From NCBI GenBank assembly GCA_030141605.1, contig JAQGDQ010000220.1:39786-103785 (forward strand): a DNA stretch of 64,000 nucleotides. The letters are read 5' to 3'. The number at the start of each line of letters is the position of its first letter. Position 1 is the stretch's first letter. This DNA is from Tubiluchus corallicola (lineage: Eukaryota; Animalia; Priapulida). Shown in pieces: positions 23,227-36,669 of the stretch. Both the position numbers and the translations under genes were made by a program. The notes below the pieces were generated by a model. The model worked only from the letters and a program-made list of their open reading frames with translations, was not told where the DNA came from and did no database searches.

Positions 23227-24436
23227 CTAAACAATAAAAAACCGCGATCACTTGAACATATCGAAAATCACAACAGGCTTATTTCAAAATTGTTATGAAC
23301 CTATCAACACTGAAACCGTTCACGCAAATCATTTACTCAATGCCAATTCATCAAAACCTCTAGCTGTAAACCACTTCGTTTAGGTGACTCTCTACAGACC
23401 ATTTCTGGATATGTAGAAAGTAGATTTAACAAGTTACGTTGCTAACAGTTTTGGATGGGTAGACAAAGAAAACGATGAACAGTCGCTGAAGCTGATACTA
23501 CCATTAAATGTTCTGGCAAATATTTACCACGTATGATTCACTTTGGGTACAAGGTCATGGAAATCACGGGACTATAAAGGTTACAGTAAATTATTTTACA
23601 CAAAATGGTTTTCTCCTGAAAAAAACAAACCTTCTTTGCACAATAACACATTAGTGTCTAAACTCAAGTAAAACTGAAGCCACTTTGAGAGGAACGAAAA
23701 TATCGAACTAGAAGATGTGACAGGATTCTATCACCGGCTGGCTTAAAGCACACCCCTTCCACAATGCAAATTTTTCCTGGAATCACCAAATTCTGAAAAC
23801 TGAATGTTCTCCAACATAGTCACCCGCTGAATTACTCATAAAAGCAGGACTGCTCAACTTTATAGCTGAACATTGCATCAAGATTATAAATAGTGTCAAG
23901 TAGCATCAAGACAGCTTTTGCTCGGCAAAGAGCGTCCACAATCGATTCCAATAATCTCTTTTTCCAAAGAAAATCTCTAGTAAGCTTCTGAGGACAAAGT
24001 GGATGTGTAAATAGAGAGCTCAGGAGAGATTAGGCGGACATTCTCTGAACTTGAAATAAGAAGTATAAAAATTCCACGTTTTCAAATTCAGAGATTACCA
24101 AATGAAGTTACACAACAAAAATCTTATTATCCCTGCTTTCTATTACAGATATATTGTTCCTCTCAAAGTGTCTAAAATTCTAAGTATAACGAGAAATGGT
24201 TTTAGCACCAAAGGCGGAATTGTATTAAAAGCAAAATGCAAGGCTCTCGGGAAGTTGAGTTTATTTTAATATTTGAGAAAAATGTTAGAAAGGTTCGGTA
24301 GTGTGTCGTGTAATTAGTTAATGTCGCGATCAGACCACTTCCTGTTCTGAAAATTATTTCAATAATCGTTAGCTAATCAAATATAGCAGTGGAAGCTGAA
24401 TTCCAATGTTGTCGCCATCACTGTTATGAACAACTA

Positions 24437-24512
24437 TCATCGTCATCGTCATCACCATCATCATCATCATCATCATCATCAAGTCCACCACCATCACCAT
24501 CAATAACATCAT
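24437..24512. repeat. (CAT)n-type microsatellite
   Basis: Imperfect CAT/CAC/CGT run. Confidence 0.85.
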
Positions 24513-24996
24513 TATTGTCAGCACTGTCGTTATGACCGTTATCAATATCCTGTGTAGTCTGAATATCTTTAATTACCATGGCATCATTGTTTCATTGCGA
24601 TTACCAGACTGCCACCATCCTACTAACTCTGAAATTACCATCAAAACTTTGCAAGGGAAATAGATTTTTTTCATATCAAATTAGAAGTCATGTCCATTTT
24701 CCTTTTCAGTACATCAGTTCTTTCAGACGTACAGCAACATTTCAATTTTTTATAGAATATTTTTACATAAATGTAACTCAGTATTCTTCAAGCTTCAAGC
24801 TAATAATTACGAAACACTAAATGGTATAGTCTACTTTATGTAAATGGTTGTGGCGGGACTGCAACTTAGCGGACCGTTAGTTTTCAGAAATGACTGTCAG
24901 GGTTATTTAGCAAGATCCAGATGCTTATAGATCTCTCCTCTGTCTTAAACAATGACAGGAAGCAGTGCGGCAGATGAAATCACCTAGAGGTGTGTA

Positions 24997-25042
24997 GTCG
25001 TCCATCCATTTACTGAACATATCCAAGGTTGCTTAATTTCGG
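24997..25042 (-). mobile_element. 5S rRNA-like SINE fragment
   Basis: Minus strand CCGAAATTAAGCAACCTTGGATATGTTCAGTAAATGGATGGACGAC resembles the 5S box A to box C region. Confidence 0.55.
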
Positions 25043-25199
25043 CTGCAATTAACACATCACACGCCACGACTACCTAGGTATTTCTTTTTCTGTAATTCAA
25101 AACCGTTTCCGGTCTGGCCTTTTCGAATCAAATGTTGAACTAACATGTTCCACATACTACGCAAGCATCAACACCCAGCATTGATTGTTGAGTTGTTGA

Positions 25200-25360
25200 A
25201 AATTACTTATACCAGGGAAGTTGAAAGGTTCAATCCCGGACCGAGTCATATGAACGACTTAAAAAATTACCCCGCAGATTCTTCGACCAAGCACGCAGGT
25301 TTATCAAAGTAACATTAGGTAAGAATAATCATGTATCCTTGGACTAGGTCCTAAACGAAT
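25200..25360 (+). mobile_element. tRNA-derived SINE-like fragment
   Basis: B-box-like GGTTCAATCCC followed by GGACCGAGTCATA...GACTTAAAAA; ends at an (ATT)n tail. Confidence 0.45.
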
Positions 25361-25519
25361 TTATTATTATTATTATTATTGTAGTAGTAGTTGTTGTCAT
25401 TATTATTATTATTATTGTTGTTGTTGTTGTTGTTGTTGTCGTTGTCGTTGTCACTGTCACTGTCACTGTCACTGTCACTGTCACTGTCACTGTCACTGTC
25501 ACTGTCACTGTCACTGTCA

Positions 25520-25559
<40 letters not shown>

Positions 25560-25667
25560 CACTGTCACTGTCACTGTCACTGTCATCACTGTCACTGTCA
25601 CTGTCACTGTCACTGTCACTGTCACTGTCACTATCACTATCACTATCATTATAATTATCATTATTAT
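25361..25667. repeat. Compound microsatellite (ATT)n-(GTA)n-(GTT)n-(GTCACT)n-(GTCCCT)n-(ATCACT)n
   Basis: Directly visible. Confidence 0.97.
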
Positions 25668-28612
25668 AAGTCTATTAAAGACGTATAACTATCATTCAAA
25701 TTTCTACTGTAATAATACATTTCCATTAATCTAGTTATACCGCTTCATTGATCAAGCTGCATTAACAAGCAATTTGATCACGTGGTGCGCATCCTTCCAT
25801 TCTGCTTGCTTTGCGTTCTCTAATGGACTAGGAGGAATATATGAAAACCATTAAGTTCACAACCTAGAAGATTACAGGTTTAAAAGCATAAGGCAGCGAG
25901 AAAACTGTGAAGGGTTTCATTACACTCTTGTACTTGCATGGTCGTTCACATCCACTTGCAGCAACAGTGGTGGGAATAAAAAAGAGAACGGGTCAGCGTC
26001 AAAGTGATTCATTCATGATTGGCAGCACCAGTGATGCGATTTACCTAGATTACCCAAACAGAGATAGTACTGATTAGCGTTATACGTGAACCCACGAGCC
26101 TTAGATATGTACTAAGGATGAATTTCCACTTTAAAGGTACGTGTTTTGCAAGGTAAAATCCATGCCATATTTTTATCCAAGCCAAAAAACTTCTGCAAAG
26201 TTAAATTATATACGTGAGTTACTCTCGACACTTCTCGCAGTGACAGAAAAATATCACCTCGTCTTTAATGTTGGAGAGCAACTCGCAGCAAGTTTTGTTG
26301 TCTAGTCCGAACAATGCTTGCGAGTTACTTGATGAGTTTACTAGGCGAGTAAGCTCACTAGCCTGAACGCGCTAAATAGTCTCATGCTTTTAGGAATATT
26401 CTTGTAGGCACAGCCGCTAGGGGGTCAGGAAGAGCGCTCTTATTTCCCCCAGCGGCAACAGGGGAACTGGCGCATATCGTGTATTTTAGCACTTTTTGAA
26501 GCAATTTTGGCAATAAAAAATGGATTCTGTATATAAAAATAAAAATAAATAAATTGGTAATTGGTTTTTACGGTGTGTTTTAACGAAACAAACAACATTT
26601 ACTTGAAGCATTAGACTACTTTGAATACAAGTTTTTTCAGAGATCCTTGGAGCATCTGAAGACTTATATACGAGTACAGTGATATTATTCTAAGGCAACA
26701 ATACTGCAGTTTGTGGTTGTCATGCAATAGGAAGTTTTCTTACACACAATTTAACAAAATGACACAGGCTGTGTAGCAGAGTACACTGCACAATTATTTT
26801 TACAATTAGGCTGAAAATACCTGTTTATGTGCCTATAAAGGTTTCCACAATTTAGGACCAAGCCTGGCTTTCCGGAATTAACTGACGATTAAAATATCGA
26901 ATTATTCACCTTAAAACCAAGTTATTTCTTCTTTGCTACAATTAAGGCCTAATTTAGTCTTCAGGCTGGGATTTCCAAGGCTTCGTTTTGATTCCTAGGC
27001 ACGTGCCTACTTCGCCCCTCCGTTTAGTCATCACAGCACGTAGGCTTTACCTAGCGCTTTATAATGTCAAACTAGTTTTAAAGAAAAAGATCTGCGTCAT
27101 TACCATCACTGTGAGCGTGCAGATCTTATCTTACACTTTATGATCAGGAATGTCAAATCTGTCACATGTTTTTTGCTCAACTTCATCACACACGTCAGTA
27201 ATTTCCACGTTAGCATCGCTCGTTAAGGTAAATCAACCAGCAAATTTAAGAAAATTGGAAATACGGCAAAATTGCGTCTATACGCAAGAAGCTCTTTTTT
27301 GCAAGGCGCGCTACGAAACTTAATTTACGGCCACTACTAACAAACTAGATCAAATTTGCAAATATGCACCATAATTTCTACTCAGGATGGCAAGCGCCAC
27401 GCTATGAAGTTATGAATAATCCCAGCGTCAGATAAGAGAAATCTACAACGTCATTCCTAGATGAGGACATGCACAATAGCCTATGACACACGAAAGCGTC
27501 CAGTCTCTGGAAGCGAGAAAGAACGTAACATGTATTGTCAAAGGATGAAGAACCAAAAAAAACTTGGGCAGCGGTCGCTGAAAACTTTTCCTATTTTTGT
27601 GCGTCTGGCGTCCAGTGCCTGTTCCTCACTCAGCCAATGATGACAGGGTTTGCAAATTATTATACAAATCAATAATATAAAAAGAAAGAACTGCAAAAAT
27701 AAATTTGATGTAATCCATCTTGTGCTTCTGCGAAGAACTTAGCGATTGGACGACATACAGTTAAGTTACTTCATACTGAATGCTAGACGCCGGAAGCCAG
27801 ACAGCGAACACTTTGTGTATCATACGCGTAATATTCAATATTCATAACAAGTCTGTAAAATTCATGCAATAAATAGAGGGAAGGGATATGACAGTCGACG
27901 CTCTTCAAAGGGACTTTTAGTATTTTGTGTCACAAATCTTTAAACCCTTTCAAAAACCCTAAGTAGCTTTAGCGAACAGAATACGCCCCCGCAACAGCTA
28001 GAAGACACTAGGCAATTTGAACATGAGATAGACATAGATATTTGCCTTTCAGCGAGTGTAGTATGAGAGATAAAGCGAAGGGGGAAACGTAAACTCAATC
28101 ATTGATTTCTCTCATTACAAGCCGGAGGATCTCGACCAGGCTGGAGGGCTTCCCGAGATTAACTTTGAAGAGATTTTACAGAATAGAAAGTCTCTGTCAA
28201 TATGAGAGAAAAGAACGCGGGCAATGCTGTAGCAGCGGAGTGTAGAGCTGGTGTACTAGTGGCTTCATTATATTACTGAAACGAAATTTAATAATTACAG
28301 CGAATCTTGGGTTGTGATTTCATTATCATAACTTCCGGGGGTCGATTAATGAGTCACGGTTGCGATAATGTTGACTGATTAAGTGAAGAAGAGGAAAGAT
28401 TTAGTTTATACCTACAGTTAACGTTAGGAAAAAATCAAAAGATGACATAACAATTAATAAAAGCAAATACTATTTTTTCCAATTTGCATATACGTAAACA
28501 GGAAGGCAATGAATAGGGCACAGAAACTTGTAGTTTGTTCAGAAGTTCACAAAAAATTCTTTATTTTTAAAACCTAAAGGGCATCTTGACTTCTTTTACC
28601 GTTTACAATACT

Positions 28613-28901
28613 GTGTTCACCTAAAGAGGATCACGCATATGTCATGCGCCTTAACCCAGTGGAAATAGATCAAATCAAAGTATCGTGCAGTAGAGCACAA
28701 ACTTGATGGAGGACCAGGCGAGAAGCATCAGTTCTGTGCATACTTGAGTCATGTTTGAGTCGTGTTCACCTAAAGAGGATTATGCATATGCCATGCGTCT
28801 TAACCCAATGGGAATAGATCAAATCAAAGTATCGTGCAGTAGAGCACAAACTTGATGGAGGGCCAGGCGAGATGCATCAGTTCTATACACACTTGAGTCA
28901 T
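28613..28901. repeat. 149-bp tandem duplication
   Basis: GTGTTCACCTAAAGAGGAT... starts at 28613 and at 28762; both copies end ACTTGAGTCAT. Confidence 0.93.
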
Positions 28902-29250
28902 AGTTATTATTGTCCAACCAAAAGAGTGCGTGCATACTTTTCTCTTTCAAGCTTTAGTGATGTGTGATTAGCTTGAAATAGCCATCACCTAAAATAGGGG
29001 CAAAAGTTTCCCAATCCAACCCAAGTGTCATATATACACTATGAGAAAATAAAATGTAAAAACGAGTAAGAATTTTGTCCGTAAAAGCCAAGAAAATTCA
29101 AAACTGAAACTGTGAAGTGCACTGCGGTTGTTTCCAATGCAGAACCCTCATCGCTTGATTCACTTCTCAAGATTAAAGACGAGACTGAGAAAGAGGGGCT
29201 GACAACCTTCATGGAATGAACCTATCACGTCAAGTTTCGAGACAGATTAA

Positions 29251-29575
29251 ACTGGAAGAAAGGGGAATTTTAAACTACAACCCAAAGAACTTTCCATGCA
29301 ACGTTACGTTACTTGGCATTACGTTTACCTGTTTATAACACTTATGTAACGCGAAAGGAATATTCTTGATAGTTAGTAAAGAGTGTGCTACGAATGCATT
29401 GACTATTTTTTCAAACTTTTTTCAAACTTGTTTCAAATGATTTATCGTTAAAATGGCTGCGCCTGAGAGTCCATCGTGGGAGTTTAAATTTACAAGTTTT
29501 AAGACAGCATGTAAGTGGTATAAAATTTCAAAACGAATTTTTAAGCTTTATTTATGAAGAGCGTTTTCCTGTGCT
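29251..29575 (+). mobile_element. Kolobok/T2-like MITE family A, internally deleted
   Basis: TTAA|ACTGGAAGAAAGGGGAATTTTAAA ... TTTTCCTGTGCT. Confidence 0.72.
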
Positions 29576-29782
29576 ATAAATGGCGTTGCAGGTTTAATTG
29601 AACTATTGGTTAAAAAATTTTGTAGCTATGAACAAAACACGCAGCGCACAAGGGGGATCAGCTTTAATTCCCTTAGATGCACCGTTCCAAAAAACGGAAA
29701 GATAACCGTTGAACACAAATAAAAGTTGCGATAGTCACTGGAAGGATTGTTTGATCTGCGAAGAAGTGTTCATGGCTCTTAC

Positions 29783-29939
29783 CTTATTTGCATCGACGCT
29801 GATGATTCGGTAGCTACTTCTAGTGGTGTCAAAGAAGAAAGAAACTGGAACCGCTTGATTGCTGGCTGGTATCCAGTTCTTCTTCGTGTTTGGATCAATG
29901 TGAAAGACGTGTGCCTGGGTTGAGAAGATTGGTTGCTCC
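29783..29939 (-). CDS. HOMER: Homer exon 2 (EVH1 N-terminal half)
   Basis: tttcag|[53 protein letters not shown]|gtaaga; 157 nt. Confidence 0.98.
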
Positions 29940-30079
29940 CTGAAAAGAGAAACGCAATGAATCATTTCACAGTAAATCATTAAAATTAAACCGCTGAATC
30001 CAGTTAGTGATCAAACGTTTGCCAGCAGCATAGAGACGCAGTTCACTCAACCGAAAAAATATGCAAACACGAAATCCAG

Positions 30080-30942
30080 GAATGTAGGTAAAAATGGCAT
30101 AGGAAAAAATTGCACAAATGGAAAAGTTGGTAAAAATGGCACAGGAAAAAATGGCACAAATGGAAAAGTAGGTAAAAATGGCACAAAAATGGCAAACGTA
30201 GTAAAATATGAGTTTAGGATTACTGTGGATGATAATTATTCTAGTTATTCTTACTACTGAGAAGGAAGTTACGCTTCAACACAGTTTGTTTGTTTGGTTG
30301 GTTGTTTTTTGAGGAATAGTGAGGGGAAGAGGTAAAGACAGAGAGAGGAATTGAGAGAGAGGATGAGAGAAGGAATGAGGTAAACAGGGAGAAACAAGCA
30401 GAAAAATTGAAATTGAAGGCTTTATCCTACTAAAATACCTTTTTGCAGCAATTAAAAACCTTACCGTGATTTTTCTGTTAAAAATTTTTTCTGGGGCATG
30501 ATTTTCAGTGAAACGATTTTTGTACGAAAAATATTTTCTGGGAAAAAGTTTTCCGGGGAACTTTCTTGGAAACACTTTTTCTAGGAAAGGGCCAAAACCG
30601 TCTAAAGCTACTTAATCTCTTGAATAGCGGTTTCTTTTTGAAGATATCCCTGCTTTGCAAGAACACTTCATCTGAAAGTGAGCCTATTAAGTCGTCTATC
30701 GTCTACTGTGTTTGTAGATTACAAGTTACATGTAAGTTAATTATTTTAATTATTTTCTTATTATTGAAATTATCTGTATCAAAGCAATACATGTGCCATT
30801 TCTCCTGTACCATTTGTACCTGTGCCATTTTTACCTACTTTTCCATTTGTGCCATTTTTTTCTGAGCCATTTTTCCTGTGCCGTTTTTTTCTGTGCCATT
30901 TTTTCTTGTGCTATTTTACCTGTGCCATTTTTACCGCGCACC
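30080..30942. mobile_element. Foldback/MULE-like non-autonomous element with modular inverted arms
   Basis: Left arm is tandem GGWAAAAATGGCACA, right arm is tandem TGTGCCATTTTTWCC. The flanks GAAATCCAG (30071-30079) and GAAATGCAG (30943-30951) form a 9-bp TSD with one mismatch. Confidence 0.75.
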
Positions 30943-31393
30943 GAAATGCAGATTCCAGAATTTTTCTGAAAAATGGGTTATTAATGGACTAAAATGAACG
31001 CAAAATCTTCTTGAAGATGCATCCTCTATTTATAGCAAGACGATGCATGCAGCACAAATTATACCACGTTTCTAGAAATGTCGACGAGAAAAAAATCTGT
31101 AGCCGCTTAAAACTTCGAAATGCTAAAAAACTACCCAAATGTATTAAAACACAAAAAATGCTCAACTAAGGCAATAAATTCCATAAAATCAATAAAAGCA
31201 ATCTTTCCCATGCAATAAACGTTCAATTTCAAACGTTTGTACAAATCAAATAATTTTTCCTCGTTTTTCATCAATTAACAATGGAAACAGTGATGCTCGA
31301 AAAGCAAAACAATTTACACACAATATATATGTTGATTTTCAGAAGCACTACTTCCCTTTAGCGAAAACACGACAATTTTTTTAAAGAACCTGC

Positions 31394-31947
31394 CTTTTTC
31401 GTCCACGCAGTATACTCTTCAGCAGTAATTTGTGCAGTTCCACAGATTGATAATCCTTTGGGCCTCGACCCCTGTACAAGGCATTAGTATAAGGCCCAGC
31501 GGACCCACAAAAGTGCCCGGTTAATCGTTCGGGCATGCTAACGGACCGAGAAGGCACGGGCTGACGGAAGTGGCCGCCACAAGTCCGGAGGGGAAGACAG
31601 CCGCTTTCAGAAGTCAGTGGCGAACTGGACAAAGTCCTCTGAGAAAATGTTTTGGCATCATCACTACATACTCCACCACTGGAAGATGCAAAAACATTAT
31701 TTCTGGGAGTCACAGTATTGTCTTGTCTTTCTGCAGATTCTCCAGAATCCGTTATGCAGTCACCAAGAAGATTTTCAACATTTTGGGTAACTACACCATT
31801 GCACCGGCCTCGTCTGTCTGTCACTGCCAGATTGTTATTGCCAGACTCTGTTATGAGTCCCGTGACTCTATGTGATGCGGTTGCTCTGATGCCATCCTCA
31901 GGTGTATTGTTTCCAACAGCTGCATCTGGGGTTTCTTTTAGCGACAT
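31394..31947 (-). CDS. Candidate alternative first coding exon of Homer (disordered N-terminal extension)
   Basis: Longest ORF in the window (188 aa), ATG-initiated, on the Homer strand and 1.45 kb upstream of exon 2. A phase-2 GC donor AAG|gcaggt at 31393 joins in frame to exon 2 (...GRKR-EQPIF). Confidence 0.55.
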
Positions 31948-32744
31948 GTTGTGATGACACTTGCTCTTGTATGGTAATTTCTTGCAGAAAATGTGTACAT
32001 TGTGAGTTGGGTAACCTGCATTACACCCTTTCGAAATTCTTTCTTTTCATTTTTTTGCGAAAAAACGATCGTTTCTTTTAATTCTTAATGTACTGAACCT
32101 CTAACTCGACACCAAAAGACACTCACACCACTCAGTGTATACAGAGCAAAGAGGAACTCAAAACCTTCAACGACGCTTTTTCTACAAAACACGAACAGGT
32201 CATTACTGTTCAAATGCGATCGACCAATTTCAGCAGCAAGAACTAAGAGCAGTTGTGGTGAAAATCGATTTTTGATGTGTTGTCATCAAAAATATCTTGG
32301 AATACGCTTCGACCAAGTTGCTGACCAGGTTTTTTTCGCTATTTCTGATTTTTATAAAAGCCTACTCCTCGTATTTGCTTTCCATTTATGTTACACGGAA
32401 AAATGATTACTTGTTGTGTTTTGTGGCGACGAGGCCCTAAAATGTGGACAAACTGACCTGAGTATTTTTAAGCGATTCTCTATATTAATTTTTTCTTTAT
32501 CAGTCTTCATCAGTCAACTCCAGTTGAATTAACTGTCCAATTTTTCCTATTTTCGGAACAACATGCAGCTTCAAACTGTCCGTGCATGTGTGAAAGTGTG
32601 AGACTCAATTGAAAGAGAATGTTGTTGGCAACTGGCCAGATATTAAAATCATTACAACAATTGTCCCTATTCTGGAAAAGTGTTTTGGATAAATTCCGGG
32701 CTATCTCGGGAGTGAACAATGATTCCCTAGGTAACTATTTGGTC

Positions 32745-32745
<1 letters not shown>

Positions 32746-32804
<59 letters not shown>
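32746..32804. repeat. (TG)n microsatellite
   Basis: Perfect TG run of ~29 units. Confidence 0.97.
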
Positions 32805-32806
<2 letters not shown>

Positions 32807-35139
32807 ATTGACTGATTACGAGATAGTCGAACATGATACTTTAGTTCAGTCCATAGATCACTACAAAAAAGGACTTTTGATCATATAACATGATCATTAC
32901 TGTCAAAAAATAACTGAAGAATTATTTTCAAATTCTCACTACACACTTATTATCGCCTAACATGATCATTACTGTCCAAAAATCGCTAAACAGTTATTTA
33001 CAAATTCACAATATGACTTTGGGTTTCCATTGAAAAATTCATGCAAATCGTTGAAGCTCAGTTCAGTGTTATCTTCACGAAGGTGATTAGTAAGTGGACA
33101 AAAACAGATAACATGCTCTTCTGTTTGAATGTTTAAGCCAGAACAGGAGCATAGCCTGTCCTCTCATTTTATCCTTGCCCATCTTCCAGTCTCAATAGCT
33201 AGGTTATGTGAGGAGAGGCGTAACCGAGATGTTTTAATCCCTTAGAGCTCATTTACTTTAACGCTATACATTGCACTGACAGATAGTTCGGGATTCAGAT
33301 AGAGATACACAGTTTAGTTCTTTCGGAATCCCTGATATGTTGTTTTGTGTTCTCGAGGTCGTCAGAGATAATATCCGCTTTACCTTACATTAACTACTAT
33401 TGATGTATTCATGTTAATTACATAAACGGTTTTTCGAAAAGAAGACAAAAGCGTTGGTATTAAGTATTCAGAACCTGGCTTCAATAATTATGTGGTCCAA
33501 TGTTCTAGAAACGCTTGCATTTTGCTCGAGGGAACTTTGCTTTCATCACAAATCGCATCACGAAAACATCCTAAGAGGTTTTCAAATAAAAACCATTTTC
33601 TTGCTGAATTGTATAACGCAAACAAACCCCCGCGCATTACAATACGCATTACGCATTGATGACAAAATCTACAAAGAAAGTCTGCGTGACTTAAAATGTC
33701 TTTGAGGCTTCCTTTCAGAACTTCCTGTTCATCATTTTCATCTTAGTCGGAATTTCATAATGCGCCGGGAGAATAAATTCCAGCAAATTTTATCGTAAAT
33801 GGATAAGCTCGAGGAATTACTTGGAAAATGGTCAATTAATTCAGCGCCATTATGCAAGTTTAATGAATAAGAACAAAGCTTTTAATTTTAGCAATTAGTT
33901 ACTGTTTTCGCTGACGATGAAAGGCCATTATCTGAGGCAATTATTAAAACGAAAATGCATAAATTTAAAATGAAACAGCTCACAAGAGTAAGCGGAGAGG
34001 GTGATAGGCTGTTGCATAGCAACGAAAAAAGAAATGAAGTGCTTTTGTAAATGTACGGTATAGATGCGGTTTGAAGAAAGCCAACCGACTGATATAATTA
34101 AAAAGTATACGTATATGAAAAAATTCGTGTAAGTATGCTTGACGTTTATACTCCTTTATTAAATTGAAAATTTTAAAATGTTAAAACAATAAGCTACAGA
34201 TGCGTTTTCTCATTTTCTCACTGAATGTCAAATGTAGAAAAACAGGATTTTTGTACAAGCGGCCTTAGGTGATGTTAGAGGCTTTAAAAGGAACAGATTT
34301 TCTGGTAAAAAAATCCACAAATACGGAAGAAATGGAATATTGTTCTGAATGTAGGAGTGCCCAAATTACGAAAAGAAGCATGAAAATGAAGACTGAGAAA
34401 CTGCGAAACTACTAGTGATGCCTGTTAAACAAGAAACGAAATAAACACTGTCCAGAACGCAATCACTATATCCATCTAATACACTAGACCATTTGGACAC
34501 ACTCGGGCTCGCATCATGCTTTGACTAGCACTTTGCAGAACCACACAAATCGGTAACATTTTCAGACCAACAATGGCGTTCTCGAATGAAATAGCGAGAT
34601 AAAAAAGTTCACGAACGAGGAATTCTTACAGACGTCCTACATGGCCTAGAAGTCACAGACACGAAAGTAACGCACTCTTCCAACCAGGACGCCTGTCACC
34701 TGACGATAATTCACAAGAGACAACACACAAACAGGGCAGAAGAGGCTGTCCCATGTCGGTCAATTAAATTGTAACAGGAAGCCAATTTAGCCTACACGAT
34801 TCACCAGCTCTGTCATACACAGTCACATGTCGCTGTCAGTCTGTGATGAGCGTTGATGACTGCGAACGCTCATGCCACGCGGTTAAAAACATGCGCACTC
34901 CGCAGGAATCAATGAAGTCTTACACCACAATGTGAGACCAGTGTTCATAATATAGGGGTGCAAGGTTCTCGAACATGTTTTTAACGACTTTTCATGTCTC
35001 CCAATTTGCTTGACATAATGAAGCGCTGATTCTGAGTGTTGAATTGACGTTGTTTTTGTTCAAGCGTCCCTGACGGTTCACAATTTTCCCGGTGTTTTCC
35101 AACGTTTTCATACATCTTCACGCCGCCTTGGATCGTTAA

Positions 35140-35657
35140 AGCACAAGAAACATACATACTTACATAAAGCTAAAAAATTGCCTTAAAATTTTGTATCACA
35201 CACATACTGCTATATAGCATACAGAGCTTGTATTAGCAGTAAGACTGTATAAAACTTGAAAATTTAAACTTCCTCGCCTGTTAGACGCAAGCATTTCAAC
35301 GGTAAGTCGTTTGAAACAAGTTTAGATAACATTGAGTAAACTTTAAAAAATAATTTCAAAACAAATTGACAAAAATTTGAAAAACATGAAAAACACTTCT
35401 AGCACACGCTAACTAAGCAAAAGTATAAATTAAGGTATCTTGCTAATAAGATTAAAATGCATTTTTTGGTGAGTCAGTGATGCACACTGGGAAGGTGAGC
35501 CAGTGACACTTTACTTATTGATGCAAACAGTTTAAATTACTAAGAAATTTGCTTCATAGTTACATAAGTCTTTCAAGCAGGTAAGCGTAATGTTAAATAA
35601 TATAATTTTGTATGGAACGTTTTTGGGACAAACTTAAAAGTTGTTGTTTCTTACCCT
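35140..35657 (-). mobile_element. Kolobok/T2-like MITE family A, full length
   Basis: TTAA|AGCACAAGAAA ... TTTCTTACCCT|TTAA. Confidence 0.82.
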
Positions 35658-36669
35658 TTAATTTATAAGGAAGCAACAACATTTACGTCAGCGGCACGAC
35701 GCAACTCCAAACGACTTTAAAACGTAGTTCTAAAAACTAGGAAGCTTTCAAGATCTACGAAAAACAGGCGTCTTCAAAGGTTTCACCACACCTTCAAACG
35801 GCTTCTCATATTTTAAACGTTAATATCGAGATCGTTACATTACAGTTTGAGAATTCGACAGTTTGATATAAGTACTTAATAAAAATAAATTTAGAACTTA
35901 ATTAATGAAGTCAGGTGATAGCCGTCGAATAAGAGCCATTGACAGAAGTGTAAAGCCGTGTCAACTATTGGAATACGTGTTAACACTAGCGAGAGCCCCT
36001 AAATGTATGTGTAGCAAGTGGAATTTGTTTAACTACATGTCCAGAAAAAAGGAGCTGTGGTCATGGGTAAGAATAATCTTGAACGCAATTTGCACACCTC
36101 GGACAAACGTTCAGCGAGATATCCAAGACCTCGCACACAGTATCCACGTTGCCTATCGTATTTAGTAATTCACGCTATAAAATTGTTTGAGTTGAAAAGC
36201 AAATCGAAAATTTTCTGATTAGTCATTCAGCCATCTAAGTCCAGCATGTTGATTGCTGATATGATTTCACAAAGCTGCACCTAGATGAATAGGATTTGTT
36301 CTGTAATAAATAACAATTTTCAAATCAGCAGCGCTCACAATTTCACAAACATAAAACGTCACGGGGATTATTAGAGAGATTTTGATGGTGTTAGCGAAAA
36401 CGCAATTACGGATTTTCACGGTTTACACAGATTTTGTGGTTTAGCGTTGCTAAACAGAAATGGTAACTGCTAAATTGTAGGTTTCGTTCACAGTAAAGCT
36501 TTGATTTTGCTGCACAAATGAATATTTAAGTTAATCAACTATTTTTAAACTAAAAAGACTTTCCATTTTCACCTAAAACTTTTAAGCAAACGTGAGATAT
36601 AAGTTAATGTCAGAGTTGACAAGCAGTAGTGGCTACAGTAACACACAGATTGCTCATACCATTGGTAAT

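Noticed and set aside
25344-25661. Low-complexity ORFs (VT/LS repeats; also the CV/HT ORFs at 13493-13779 and the repeat ORFs at 20290 and 21274)
   Set aside because: They are translations of micro- and minisatellites.
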